A stretch of DNA of 63,422 nt, filler included, from Octopus bimaculoides (taxonomy: Eukaryota): NCBI RefSeq assembly GCF_001194135.2. It is 5 parts of 4 records of this genome, joined end to end, with 100 filler letters (N's around TTAATTAATTAA, not from the genome) between each part and the next. Parts side by side here need not be neighbours in the genome. Positions count along the whole stretch, not along the records: positions 18,934 to 47,441 come from NC_068990.1; positions 47,542 to 57,059 come from NC_068999.1; 3 more parts are not named here. One strand, 5' to 3'. This document shows, piece after piece, positions 34,946-47,575 of this stretch. Position numbers and translations under genes: made by a program. The stretch's first letter is position 1; each line of letters opens with the position of its first letter. The notes below the pieces were generated by a model. That model was not told the DNA's origin and did no database searches. It saw only the letters and a program-made list of their open reading frames with translations.

Positions 34946-37590
34946 AGATATTCTCTTGAAGGAAATTTCTGTGTTAGACCTAAAAGAGAAAGGAGAGCTT
35001 AAAAGCGAACAAAAATACAGGGTGCTGAAAAGGAAATATAATATTAAAAGAAAGGGCCTGAAAGTAGTAATGGAGGAACTGAAACAGCGCCTCGTTGCAA
35101 AGAAAGCAAAGATGGTAAGATACGACCAAAGAATGAAGTGTTACTACCAGAATAGGTTATTCAGAGTAGATCAGAAGAGATTCTATAAAGAAATAAATGG
35201 AGAGTGTACAGATAACAATGAAAGTCAAAGGTTTTGGAGTGACATCTGGAGCAAAGACAAGGAGCACAAGAAGGATGCTGAATGGTTGTAAGAATTGAAA
35301 CAAGCAGTAGTCTGCCCCAAACAGGCAGAAATAGTCATTTCAGTTAGGGAAGTGAAGGAAATCAGCAAAAAATAAATAAATAAATAAAAAAAGAGCAACT
35401 GGAAGTGCCCCCGGGAGTTCAAGGCTACTAGATCAAAAGATTTGGTGAATGTCATGCACAAATAGTTGCGCAACTCAACACCTTGTTAAATGCCGACCAA
35501 GTAACACCAGAGTGGTTGACATTGGGTAGGACAGTGCTGTGCTTGAAAAACATCGAAAAGGGCAATACGGTAGACAATTACAGGCCGATATCCTGTTTGC
35601 CACTTATGTGGAAATTATTGAGTGGAATACTCGCAGAACACTGGGAAAAAAATGGAGTCCTGCCACATGAGCAGAAGGGTTGCAAGCGTAAGTGCATAGG
35701 TACCAAGAATCAACTCGTGATAGACAAAACTGTACTCAGAGACTGCAAGAGGAGGTAAAGTAACTTAGCCACGTCATGGATCGACTATCGTAAGGTGTAC
35801 GATATGATCCCACACTCTTGGATAATGGAATGTATGAGCCTATTTGGTATTGCATCGAATGTTGAGCGATTACTTGGAAAAAGTATGACGTATTGGAGGA
35901 CGGAGCTGACAGCATACGGAAGAAGTTTAGGGGCAGTAGAAATCAGGTGGGGCATCTTCCAAGGGGACTGCCTGTCCCCACTGATCTTTGTACTGCGCTT
36001 GATGCCACTAACACTGATTCTGAGGAAAGCAAAAGCTGGGTATGTATTCAAAAGCCATTCATGGATGACCTCAAACTTTATGGTAAAGATGAATCCCAAG
36101 TCAGTTCCCTCGTTGATACGGTGTATACTTTCAGTGCTGACATCAGAATGGAGTTCGGACTGAGAAAGTGTGGTGTGTTAGTCTTGAAGGGAGGCAAAAT
36201 CAAATGTATGGACGGGCTAACGATACCGTCGGGGGAAGTTATGAAGCAGATAGAAGAGACGGACCATAAGTGTTTGGGGATTTTGGAAATGGATAAATTG
36301 ATGGAGAATGAAATGACAGAAAAATTTAAGGTGGAGTACTTGCGCAGACTGAGACTGATCCTTAAGTCGAAATTAAACGGACAGAATAAGATTGAAGCTA
36401 TCAACATCTGGGCGGTTTCACTCCTTAGATATGGAGCAGGGGTAATCGCATGGACAGTAGACAAACTAAACAACTTAGACAGAAAGACAAGGAAGTTGCT
36501 AACTAGATATGGGACACTCCATCCAAAAAGTGACACAGACAGACTTTATATACCAAGAAAAAGAGGGGGAAGAGGACTTATTGGATGTGAACACAGCATT
36601 AGAGCAGAAGAAAACAACATCGCATTATGTAAAAAAAATGCCACAGAACCGCTATTATTAGAAGTAAGAAAGTCAGACCTGTGTAGGATAAAAGATTGCG
36701 AAGATAAAGCACTGTACAAGGACTTGAGAATAAATGAAACTGAAAATAGGTGGATAAAGAAAAGAATGCATGGACAATTTCATAGGGAAGTTGAAAATAA
36801 GATAGGCAGAGAAAAAAGATGGCTGTGGATGACTAAAAGTGATTTAAAACCAGGAACGGAGGCTCTAGTCTGTGCTGCCGAAGAGCAACTAAGAACAAAC
36901 TACATAATATACAGAATTGACAGTACATCAGAAAGTGATAAGTGCAGAATCTGTGGTCAAAATGGTGAAACCGTATGGCATATTACCAGCCAATGTACGC
37001 CACTAGCCCAGAAGGAATATAAGAGACGCCACGATAATATAGCCAGGTTTGTGCATTGGATACTTTGCCACAAGTATGGACTTGACAGAGCAAAAACTTG
37101 GTACGAATATAAACCCGAAGGCATCATCAAAAATGATAATGCAAATATCCTGTGGGATTTAATGATTCAGTGCGACCTTGAGGTAGAGAATAGGAAGCCA
37201 GACATAGTCTTAATTGAGAAAGAAAGCAAACTATGCTGGATCATAGATATAGCATGCCCAGCTGACAACAAGGTGTGCGATACGGAAGAAAGAGAAGTCG
37301 ATAGATATGACAGGTTAGCTTGAGAGGTTAAGCAGTTGTGGTCGATGAAAAAGGTGGTAGAAGTACGAATAATTGTCGGAGCCCTGGGAACAGTGAGTAA
37401 AAATCTTGAGAAGTACATGGAACAAATAGGGGCTGCAGTAAGGGTGGAGCACTTGCAGAAAACAGCACTGCTTGGAAACGCTCGAATACTCCGGAAGGTG
37501 CTCGAAAAATAAGAGGTGTTACCTTAGTTCACTGGTAGTGAACAGCTTACACCGTAGTAAATCTTTAACGTTAGAAGCTGTGCAAGGCAA
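34946..37590 (+). mobile_element. Decayed R4/Dong-like LINE (RT, CCHC finger, RLE)
   Basis: YRPISCL, IDYRKVYDMIPH, GIFQGDCLSPL, FMDDLKLY, CRICG...ETVWHITSQC, RHD, KPDIV, IDIACP, LLGNARILRKVLEK*; several stops and frameshifts; (AAT)n tail. Confidence 0.92.
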
Positions 37591-38002
37591 TAATAATAAT
37601 AATCTTTTTTACTATAGGTACAAGGCCTGAAATTTGGAGGATAGGGATAGTCGATCACATCGACCCCAGTACTCAACAGGTAGTTAATTTTATCAACGCC
37701 AAAAGGATGAAAGGCAAAATCGACTTCACCGGAATTTGAACTCAGAACGTAGCGACGGGCGAAATACCGCTATGCATTTTGCTCGGCATGCTAAACGATT
37801 CTTGCAGCTCGCAGCCTTTATAAATAATAAGAATAATAATAATAATAATGATGATGATGATGATGCTGATAATGAAGAAGAATAAATCGTAATTTGCAGG
37901 CAGCAAGCCCGCTATGCATGCAAGACGCTAGGAGCTTAAACAAAACCTGGGATAAAAAGAAATAATAGTAATAATAATAATGATGATGATGATATTAATT
38001 AC

Positions 38003-38208
38003 CTGATTAGATCTTTACTCACTGATGTATTTTCAGCCCGCTCTGATTCAATGAAGTTGTGAAGAGATATCAAAAGTTTTCTTTCCTCCTTCACCAATTG
38101 ATTCATTTTATAAACTGACGTGTAGACATCCGCACACACAAACAATACAATTTTACTTACACAGAATATTTGAAACCACAAAGAATTATAACAGTTCACC
38201 ATCTTCAT
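38003..38208 (-). CDS. Prolyl 4-hydroxylase alpha-like gene, coding exon 1 (signal peptide + N-domain start)
   Basis: MKMVNC...IVLFVCA-DVYTSVYKMNQLVKEERKLLISLHNFIESE matches P4HA A-EFFTSIGQMTDLIHTEKDLVTSLKDYIKAE; donor AG|GTAATT gives the phase 2 needed by exon 2. The five exons give a 252-codon open frame. Confidence 0.85.
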
Positions 38209-39519
38209 TTCTTTCTTTTTTCTATTTTCAGATTACAAAATCGTGTATCGTATATCCCATATACTTTAAAAATTATATAAATTATATAGTAAAACGTCTT
38301 CAAAACTTTTTTAAACGAATTATATTCAAACCAACAAAAAAATCACTACAGACATATCTTCTTTATTCGTTCTCGGCTTCAGTAACATGTAGGTTTTAAT
38401 CTTCTGTGATTTTTTCCCCTTTTCCTCCCTTTCTTTCTTATCAATTAAGCTGTTAAAAAAATGGATATTTCCTTCACCACGTCATTGTTGAGGCGCCAGC
38501 CCAAAAGCTTCTGATTTGTGAAAGAAATTGATCAACTTTGACTGTTATTGGCTGCAACTGGCTAAACACGCGTAAGCACACACACACACACACATCCCCA
38601 CACACACACATCCCCCCACACATCCTCCCACACACACATCCCCCACACACACATCCCCTACACACATCCCCCCACACACATCCCCCCACACACATTCACA
38701 TCTGTTGCCAATTAAAACTGATTTGCTTTAAAAAATCGAAGTAAATTAGTTACTCTAAACAGTCTAAGTGAATCCCATTGAGTTACTATGAATATTTTTG
38801 TTGCTTTTGCGTTTTTTGGTTTCTCTTTCTGTCCAATCTCCCAGTTTTCTTTTCTTCTCTCTTTGTAGATTGTATTGATTTAATAATACTTCATAGACGC
38901 TTTAACGATGTTCACCAGTAGGGAAATGGCTTTTGTATTTCCAGGGTGAATCTTTATCAGTGGTTTTTTAAAATAAAAGCCACCAACACCAAAAGAACTA
39001 AATAACTGAAAGACGATGACGTCACACAAAATAAGCAGCAAGGACGTATCTCCATTGTCTTAATATTTAAGCCCCTATCTCCAATAACGTATTTTATTGC
39101 ACCTCAATGTAAGATTATTCGAATATGCAAGGGTTACTATAGCCTACGGCATAACTACAACAACGTCCTAAAAACATTAATGGTCTCACTTAACCCAAAC
39201 ATAACAACAACTTAAATAATCCTCAAACACTTTGCCAAAATGAATATCGTCAATGAGAGCAGAGTAAGAATGACTGTTGTGCTTTGATCAAAATCTCTTC
39301 GTTCGCCTCTTCTGTGGTCAATACCAGAACCATCGAATATACAGAGCTGAAGAGGGAGCATTCAAGCAGTTGCTGATCTACAAGAATTAAGGCAAATTTC
39401 CCTAATATTACATCCTGCTATCTTAACAAAGGAAGAGCACATCAGATAGTGTAGTCCTAGATAGGCTATGGTTGCGTATAACGTACTTAGATTTAGGTCA
39501 GTCAAGTACCCTAAGACTC

Positions 39520-42500
39520 ACAAGGTCGCAGCTTAATCTGCTTTCCATCGCGTATAAGTAGAACGTCCCTGATCACGATACAAGAAGTACCACCAGAAAT
39601 TGACGCCGCCTGGGTGGTGGCTGCCCTTTGTTACTCAACGGAAGATAACATTTCCATACTATAGATTACTCCCCCTCCCAACTGGCTAGGGCAAACTATA
39701 GAAATATTAATTCAGGCGGCACCGGAGGATCTAGAACAAATTCCGGATAGAATGCTAATAGAAGACGGTGTCTTAAGGGTGCAAACCGAGGGGAGGAAGC
39801 CACGTTGTTTCAAGTGTGGGAAGATGGGCCATATGAGCACAGAACGTGGCCATCCCAACACAGACAAGAAATGAAGAAGAAAAAAAGAAGAGAAGAAAAG
39901 TAAGAACAAAGGAAAAAACCAATGAAGGAACAAGAGAAATCAACAAAAGAACGAGAAGAATTGAATGCAGAGTCAAGGAATGCGGAAAAAATTCCCCCTC
40001 CTAGCGACGATATGTAGGTCATCGAACAGGAGGCGGAGTCATCTCCTGGAAACGGGGGAAGAGAACTATTGTGTCCCCAACTCCCTCCCAACCCACATCC
40101 TCAACAAAAAGCGTAACATCACACACCAAAAGAACTTTAAACCCCGCCCCTTTACCCACGCGACCCCCACAAACAGGACAGTGCTTATCAAGTATAATGC
40201 CAAAGACAGCCACATACACGAACTAGTAAACAAACACCAACTTACAAAACTTTTCAAAGAGACAAACTATGCACGTATAGAAGAGAAACTATTCAGTCAG
40301 CTAGAAGACCGGAGGGCATCCACAGATTAAGTAAGATGCCTAAATTAGTAGATGAGGAAAGAGAGAACAAGGAGGAGGGGAGCTCTATAACACTAAGAGC
40401 GATCCCTCCTTCACCTGTTAAAAACAGATAAGTTCCTGACCCCCTTTTTGCGTATGGATATCTATTCTTAACTTAGCTTGTTTAAATGTATGTGGCCTGA
40501 GTTCGAAGTGGAAGCAAGCTTGTTTCTGCAACGACCTCAGGTCACATAGCATAGATGTAATGTTGCTACAGAGACCAAGTTAGACAGACTATAAGCTTTC
40601 TCGACTCCCCTGAATGGCTATGAGAAAATCATGTCTCCTAGCCAGACCGGAGGCCGAGGAGGGGTAGCGGTCTTGCTCCGAAAAAGCTTAGCTCTGCAAA
40701 CAAGTACAATCTTTGTAGATCCAGAAGGTCCGTTGGTCGTTCTTGACTTGAAGTACAGAGATAAGGCTTTCAGGTCGGTTGGCTTTATGCGCCGAGTCTT
40801 AAAAATAAACAGACTGATTTTTATCAACGCCTAGAGAATTTTCTTGTAACATCGAAGACATTAGTGGTGTCAGGAGATTTTAACGCTATCCTGGATGCAC
40901 GCCAGGATTGTGTTGGCTCAATTAACAGGAAGAAAAACTTACGCCTCATCGATTTCAGCTGGCAGATCGTTACAGCTGGAGTAATGGCGACGGGTCGTTC
41001 AGGTGTTATTTAGATAGAAAAATAGTTCATACTAGAGATAAGTCTAGATTTAATTGCCCACAGTTTGTTCTGGTCTCCTACATGGATCACAAGCTAGTGA
41101 CGTGTAGGATCAACATAGATAGAGTACATACACAGGGATCTGGCTACGGGAACCTAATCAAGATTATTTTGTCTTGTGAAGCATACCGCAGTCGGATGAA
41201 GGAGTTAGTCATGAGGGCATTAACCGGCATCGTGTTGAATAACAGGTGGTGGGTTGCCTTCAAACGAGCCATTCGACTTGAATCGATTAGATTTAGCTAG
41301 AAGCTAAGTTAAGATAAGACTAGAGTAGAAAGGGATCAAATCAAGGACTTAGAAGAGTCGTTAAGGTTAGGTTCTGCATCCCAAGTTTTAACAGCAAGAT
41401 CGGCCTTGGACCGACACCTCAAAGCCAAACACAAAGGATGTAGAGTTCGGACTAAAGTACGTGCATTAAGTCGTGAGGGAATTAACGTTGCCGAGTGAGC
41501 CTGCACGGTAGAGACCCAGAACTGCAATAATGCCGCAATTGGGTCTTTGGTCGATGGACAGGAGTGTTTGATCGAAGGACAAGATGAGATGTGTGAGGTC
41601 TTTTACAAGCATTTTGCCGAGTTGTGCGGGAGGAGTGAGGCGCTGGACCATGGTGAGCCCCTTCGGGACTTTCTGGCTGGTGGCTCGCGTCTCTCGGCAT
41701 GAGAGGCCGAATACTGCGAAGGACCAATCACGGCTAAGGAAGTCATGGAGGTACTATCCGAGTGCCCCCGGGAAAAGTCGCCGGGACTTGATGGTCTGTC
41801 CTATGAGTTTTTCAAAAGTATGCCAGACTTGTTCGGGCACCTACTGGCCAGCGTCTATGCCAACTAGCAGCAGAATGGGAGAATTCCCAAGGCTGGTGAC
41901 GCTGATCAGAAATGACCCGGAAAAGGGTAACATTATTGGTAACTTTAGGCCCATAACTCTGTTAAACACAAAGTTATAGATTTTGTTCAAGGTGCTAGCA
42001 AAGAGGTTGGTGCAGGTCATGGGCAGCCTTGTTGGGGAGGCAAAAACGTGCGCCATCCCCGGCAGGATGATACACAACAATCTCCACCTCACGCACTACA
42101 CCTTAGAGCGGGTGGGTAAAATTTCTGGCCAAGGTGGGGCACTGGTACATTTAGACCAGTCTAAAGCATTCGATAGGGTTGACCATCGGTACCTGGTGGC
42201 GGTTCTCGAGGCGGCCGGGCTGGGCCCGACTTTCTGCAACTGGATCGCTGCTCTATACAGCAGCATCGAGCCTATCATCCGGGTGAACGGTTTCTTTTCG
42301 AAAGCGTTCGACATTAAGCGCTCTGTTCGCCAGGGATGTCACCTGTCTCCTCTTTTGTATGTGTTGGCTCTTGAGCCATTGCTGCGAAGGTTGGAAGCTT
42401 TAGGGGGCATATCGCGTGATCTAAGCTGTAGAAGAACTGTGAACGAGTACGCGGATGACACCACCATCAGCGTGTTGGATGAAGGGCATCAGAAGATACG

Positions 42501-43770
42501 AAGCGGTGACAGGAGCAAAAATTAACCAGGGTAAGTCAGTTGGCTAGCAACTCAGCACCTGGAGGGGCAAGTTGATGCCGTCCAATAACGTCGTGGGACG
42601 TTGGACGGAAGGTCCGATTAAGATGCTAGGGGTCTGATTTGGTCCGGATATCCAGGTAGAGAAGAATTGGAGTGAGGTCACAAGCAAGGTAACTGTCCTA
42701 ACGCAGATTTGGTCTGGAAGGACGTTATCGCTGCTAGGGAGGGTGGGGGAGGCGCAGATGTACATAGCATCTATTATCACCTACCGTCGTGCTTTGCCCC
42801 GATTCGTGGCTGAGCAAGTTGAAGTGTCTCCTCTTCCGCTTTTCGTGGAGAGGGGCACTACTTGTAAGGTGCTCTATCTGCTGTCAAAAGTCATTAAAGG
42901 GTGGGCTAGGGATGCCATGGCTGAAGATGCGTAAGCTTGCGCTAAGGCTTAGGCATCTCTGTCTCTACCTGGATGGTGAGTAGGTGTGGTCACCGCTCGT
43001 GAAGTTCTTCTTACCGCAAATAACCTCCCTTTGGGAGTTAGGTCCTTGGATCAAGCGGAGACCCACACTGGGTGATTGGCAGCTAGTGTCGACAGGCATT
43101 CACGTTACTCTCCCGAGCGGGCAATACCGGCAGCTGGAGTTCCACCGTGGACTTCTATAGCGTGTTAGTAGAGTTCATGTCAGACGATGCCCTGGGGGAG
43201 ACTCTGAGCTTCGATAGAAATCAGTTAACTAACCTATTCAAAAAAAACTTTCGGTTCGAGGTATCTGGATAATTACCAGAAATCCCTCACCTGGTTGTGT
43301 TAACGATCCGCCTTACCTGTTCGAGAGAGGTTGTCAAAGCATGGTTGTGCCATCCCGCCGACCTGTTTGAGGTGCGGGCAGGACAGTGAAACTGTCCTGC
43401 ATGCCTTCGTATAGTGTACGGAAATTAGGGAATTGATAGCCTATATCGAACAGCTGTTATCAACGACAGAAAGAGTACAGCTATCAGCTGAATCTATTAT
43501 TAAGATTGGACCGCCCTCCTCCCTGAACAGGCAGAGGAGGGCTTGTATTCTCTGTGTGGTAGCCATACTGAAAAAATCAGTATGGAGAACACGTGTGAAA
43601 GGGATCACGTTAGGTACCTTTATCTTCGGCCGAGGGCTGGTTAGTTATTTCAACTACCACTTCCAAAGTAAAATCCGGCTGGAGAAGAGATACCGGTCGC
43701 ATAGCACGTTTAATAAAAGTTGGACGACAGTCATAAGAAAGTTGCGAGTGAATGAAAATGGCTAAGTGTA
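39520..43770 (+). mobile_element. Nearly full-length decayed Tx1-clade LINE (ORF1 zinc knuckle, APE, RT, zf-RVT)
   Basis: ORF1 EGRKPRCFKCGKMGH; APE remnants GGVAVL, GDFNAILD, DHKLV; RT KSPGLDG, NFRPITLLN, LDQSKAFDRVDH, RQGCHLSPLLY, YADD; many stops and frameshifts; no 3' UTR. Confidence 0.92.
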
Positions 43771-44210
43771 GCCATCCAGCGACAAAATGGGAAACGTCGG
43801 ATAACGGCGGTCGGTTAATTAACCCGGTGATGTATATACAAAATAGGAATTTAAAATTTTTATCGATTTCTGTAAAATGTTTGAATATCCATCCGATTTC
43901 AAATCACACTGTGCACGTTCGCTCTGTGTTGGGCCCTGTGTGACCAATAAAAAATATCGAGCCTTTTGGTAATCTCGCGAAGTACGTCGTGTGAACACAT
44001 TGATTAAACCTCCACTGCATAATTTATATATACCAGCCTGTGGCAGGATATGAAACAATAAATATGGAGGTGTTAACAATTAAAGTTTGAAAATTTGGAG
44101 TAATTTTAGCCAATCGTAAGCCACAGACACAGTCATGCCTGTTTCCATAGTAAGAAGCGGAACATGAGAACCCTTTTGTCTGGGAGAAAGCACGTGTTGA
44201 CAAATATATT

Positions 44211-44643
44211 CTTTTCTACTTTAGGCACAAGGCCCGAAATTTTTGGAGAGGTGGGGGGGCAATCAATTAGATCGATCCAGTACGCAACTGGTACTTCATT
44301 TATCGATCCCGAAAGGATGAAAGGCAAAGTCGACCTCGGTGGAATTTGGACTCAGAACGTAAAGACAAATGAAATACCGATAAGCATTTCGCTCGGCATG
44401 CTAACGTTTCTTATTTCTTTATTGCCCACAAGGGGCTAAACATAGAGGGGACAAACAAGAACAGACAAACGGATTAAGTCGATTACATCGACCCCAGTGC
44501 GTAACTGGTACTTATTTAATCGACCCCGACAGGATGAAAGGCTAAGTCGACCTCGGTGGAATTTGGACTCAGAACGTAAAGACAGATGAATACCGCTAAG
44601 CATTTCGCCCGGCATGCTAACGTTTCTGCCAGCTCGCTGCTTT
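44211..44643 (-). mobile_element. Dimeric/chimeric SINE family B (tail-1 monomer + tail-2 monomer) with 17-bp TSD
   Basis: GTGTTGACAAATATATT at 44194-44210 and 44644-44660 flanks both monomers. Confidence 0.85.
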
Positions 44644-44715
44644 GTGTTGACAAATATATTGAAACTACTTGTTTTACCTATCTGTTGATAACTGAGCATG
44701 TGAATTTATGAACTG

Positions 44716-45532
44716 GGACCTTTGTGATTTGACGGGCAACATTTTTTTATGTAGCGTTTTTGGTACCGAAACACTTTCAAACTTCGTATACTTGTATATT
44801 TTGTGGTATAGAACAGATAATAAATTTTGTATTCGAAGTTATTTCACGTTAAAAATTGTCTTATTTCGATAATTTCAACTAATCACTGACGTCTATTCAG
44901 TTGAAAACAGTAAGTGCTGTAACGGTGTATATGGTATTAATCCCCGTTAGTTCTGACATTTCCGATTAACTAGACTGTTCGTAAACAAAGGGGAAAAAGC
45001 CATCAAAATACTTGAATATTGCCTGCACTTGTTATTGGAGCTACCAGAATTATTAATGCACCTCCACCAAGTGCTTCATTTCCTAGAAATAGCAGCCAAA
45101 TCTTCTTCAAATCAAACTCTAGTTTAAGGTTAGGGTTCGGGTTTTAGAGTTAGGTTAGGGTTAGGGTTAGGGTTAGGGTTAGGGTTATGAGTGAGGTTAT
45201 GGGAAAAATATATACACACAGATACGCACAGCGTAATTTATTATATAAACAATATATGCGTATAAATTACGATTAAACCGGATGAAATATGTCACAGGGA
45301 ATAACATTTTTATGACCGGACAGCACTGACTGTATTCAGCTGAATAGACGTCAGTGATTGGTTGAAATTACAGAAATACGACAACTTTAACATGAAATAA
45401 CTTGCGATGTACAATTTTTTGTTAAGAAGGCTAAGAGAAAAAGTTGTTTTGTATGACACATTCTACCAGTGTCCCAAGTTTGAAAGTGTTTCGTTAAGAA
45501 AACAAGTGTTGCCCGTCAAATCACAAAGATCC
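44716..45532. mobile_element. Merlin-like non-autonomous DNA transposon with internal (TTAGGG)n
   Basis: GG...CC termini; about 190-bp imperfect TIRs; 8-bp TSD ATGAACTG/ATGAACGG (44708-44715, 45533-45540); TTAGGG repeats at about 45150-45187. Confidence 0.7.
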
Positions 45533-46254
45533 ATGAACGGGTCAACAAAATGATTGTTTTTTTTAAATATTTAATTTGTAATGTGCTATTTTGTTTATAG
45601 ATAAATCTTTTAAGTTCGTGCTGTTGCATTAAATGCATATTGAATGCTTAAAACTACAAAATATGTGCTGTTTACTCGTTTCTTTTTGTCATTGAGGTGG
45701 TTGTAAGGTGTGCTAGAAATAACAGCTAAATAACGTTTTTGGATAATTTTTTTAAGTTCGTGCTATCGCAATGCTTAAAACTACAAAAGACATATTGTTT
45801 ACTCTTTCTTAACAACACTTGCTATTTTCAGGATGTTGACAAAATGTTCAGTCACGCACAAAATGATAGCTTCTAAATCTTGTTTCTAGACCAGGTGAAA
45901 AAGATCAAACTTTAAACTTCTATGACTCTTTAAAAATAATTTCCTGGAAAAAGTGAAATAGCTCCAGCAATTCAGCTTCGAAAAGTATATTAATGAGTCA
46001 AATTTTGTTGAATAATGCAACAGTGGGTTCCCTGTGTACAGGAAAAAGATGGGATGGTCACAGTTGGAAAACTTTTGATTATAAGTCTATTTGATGCACA
46101 ACAATAATATAACTGAGACAACGATGGCACGTCTACGCAACCACTAAACCTGCTAGAAATAAGAGCTAAATCCCCTCGAATTACAGTCGACTGTCTCGCA
46201 CAACATCGAACAATGGAGATCATGATGTACAAGAAGAGTCACGATTAAGATGTC

Positions 46255-46422
46255 AACTAGCGTAGCTAGAATGTGTGCCGCCCGGGACGGCCCTTCAGTT
46301 TGATGTTCCCCAGATCCCCTAAAAAAATACATATTGCCTAGAGCAGACCCCAAAATGGTGGCGCTCCACAAAAGTGTCACCCAGGGCAGACCGCCCCCTC
46401 CGTCCCTCTAGCTTCGCTACTG
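46255..46422. mobile_element. hAT-type MITE
   Basis: TIR AACTAGCGTAGCTAGA / TCTAGCTTCGCTACTG (13/16); 8-bp TSD AAGATGTC/AAGATGTT. Confidence 0.65.
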
Positions 46423-46922
46423 AAGATGTTTTGATCTGTAGTCATCTCGATCAAGGTATACCTAGAGTTATATAATAATAACAACAATAGCAACAACAAC
46501 AAACAGTAAGACAATGCCATATGAACATAAACGAGTATATATATGGTCCTAAGGCGACATAACACCATTAAGATGTCTCAAGATCGCTCAGTCCACGTTG
46601 ATCAAAACATGACGCAGTGCGTGAAGTAGGTGGATTGTGGGTAGATGTTATGCAAAGGTGGGTGCGGGAAAGGTTATTTCTGAACAGTGACGTTGTAGGA
46701 TCGATATCGATTTTACACGTTTATGTTTCTTTCGTGGCATTTTACAACTGTAAACGACCACGCCACGTATCTGCTCATAGGCACTCAGTTACACGTGAAC
46801 ACAAACATACACACATACACACACACATACATACATACATACATACACGCACAAACATACACACATACACACTGACACTCATACACAGACACGCTGACAC
46901 ATAAACACACGCTCACACACAT

Positions 46923-46954
<32 letters not shown>

Positions 46955-47109
46955 GCACGCGCGCACACGCAAGCACTCACTCATGTCCACATCAGCATCG
47001 AGTTTCTTAAAACTAACGAAAAGTCATCAGCACTGCTGTTCTTCTTCCATGAACTTACTTCTGATATGTTTGTGTGTGTGTGTGTGTGTGTAAGTGAGTG
47101 CATGTGTGT

Positions 47110-47234
47110 TTTTTTAATAATTTTGTTAGTCTTGTTTACCCCACAGCAACACACTCACACACACACACATTCTTTGTTCTATCCTGTACTGCCCAAATCT
47201 TTTTTCTTAATGTAAACCCTTGTGGTTAATAATC
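47110..47234 (+). mobile_element. 3' UTR fragment of the Tx1-like LINE followed by (ATT)/(TTC)/(TTA) arrays
   Basis: Collinear with the reverse complement of 33492-33625. Confidence 0.75.
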
Positions 47235-47283
47235 ATTATTATTATTTCTTCTTCTTCTTCTTCTTCTTCTTCTTCTTCTTCTT

Positions 47284-47366
<83 letters not shown>

Positions 47367-47441
47367 CATATATACAGTCCTGCATGCACTCGTCCAGTGT
47401 CCGAGCATTGCTGACCTGTGGGTTTATGTCGAACGCCTGCT

Positions 47442-47541
47442 NNNNNNNNNNNNNNNNNNNNNNNNNNNNNNNNNNNNNNNNNNNNTTAATTAATTAANNN
47501 NNNNNNNNNNNNNNNNNNNNNNNNNNNNNNNNNNNNNNNNN
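47442..47541. other. Artificial scaffold linker
   Basis: 44N-TTAATTAATTAA-44N. Confidence 0.95.

Positions 47542-47575
<34 letters not shown>

Noticed and set aside
35893-37323. 476-aa ORF as a host gene
   Set aside because: It is the RT-thumb/CCHC/RLE part of a decayed R4-like LINE.
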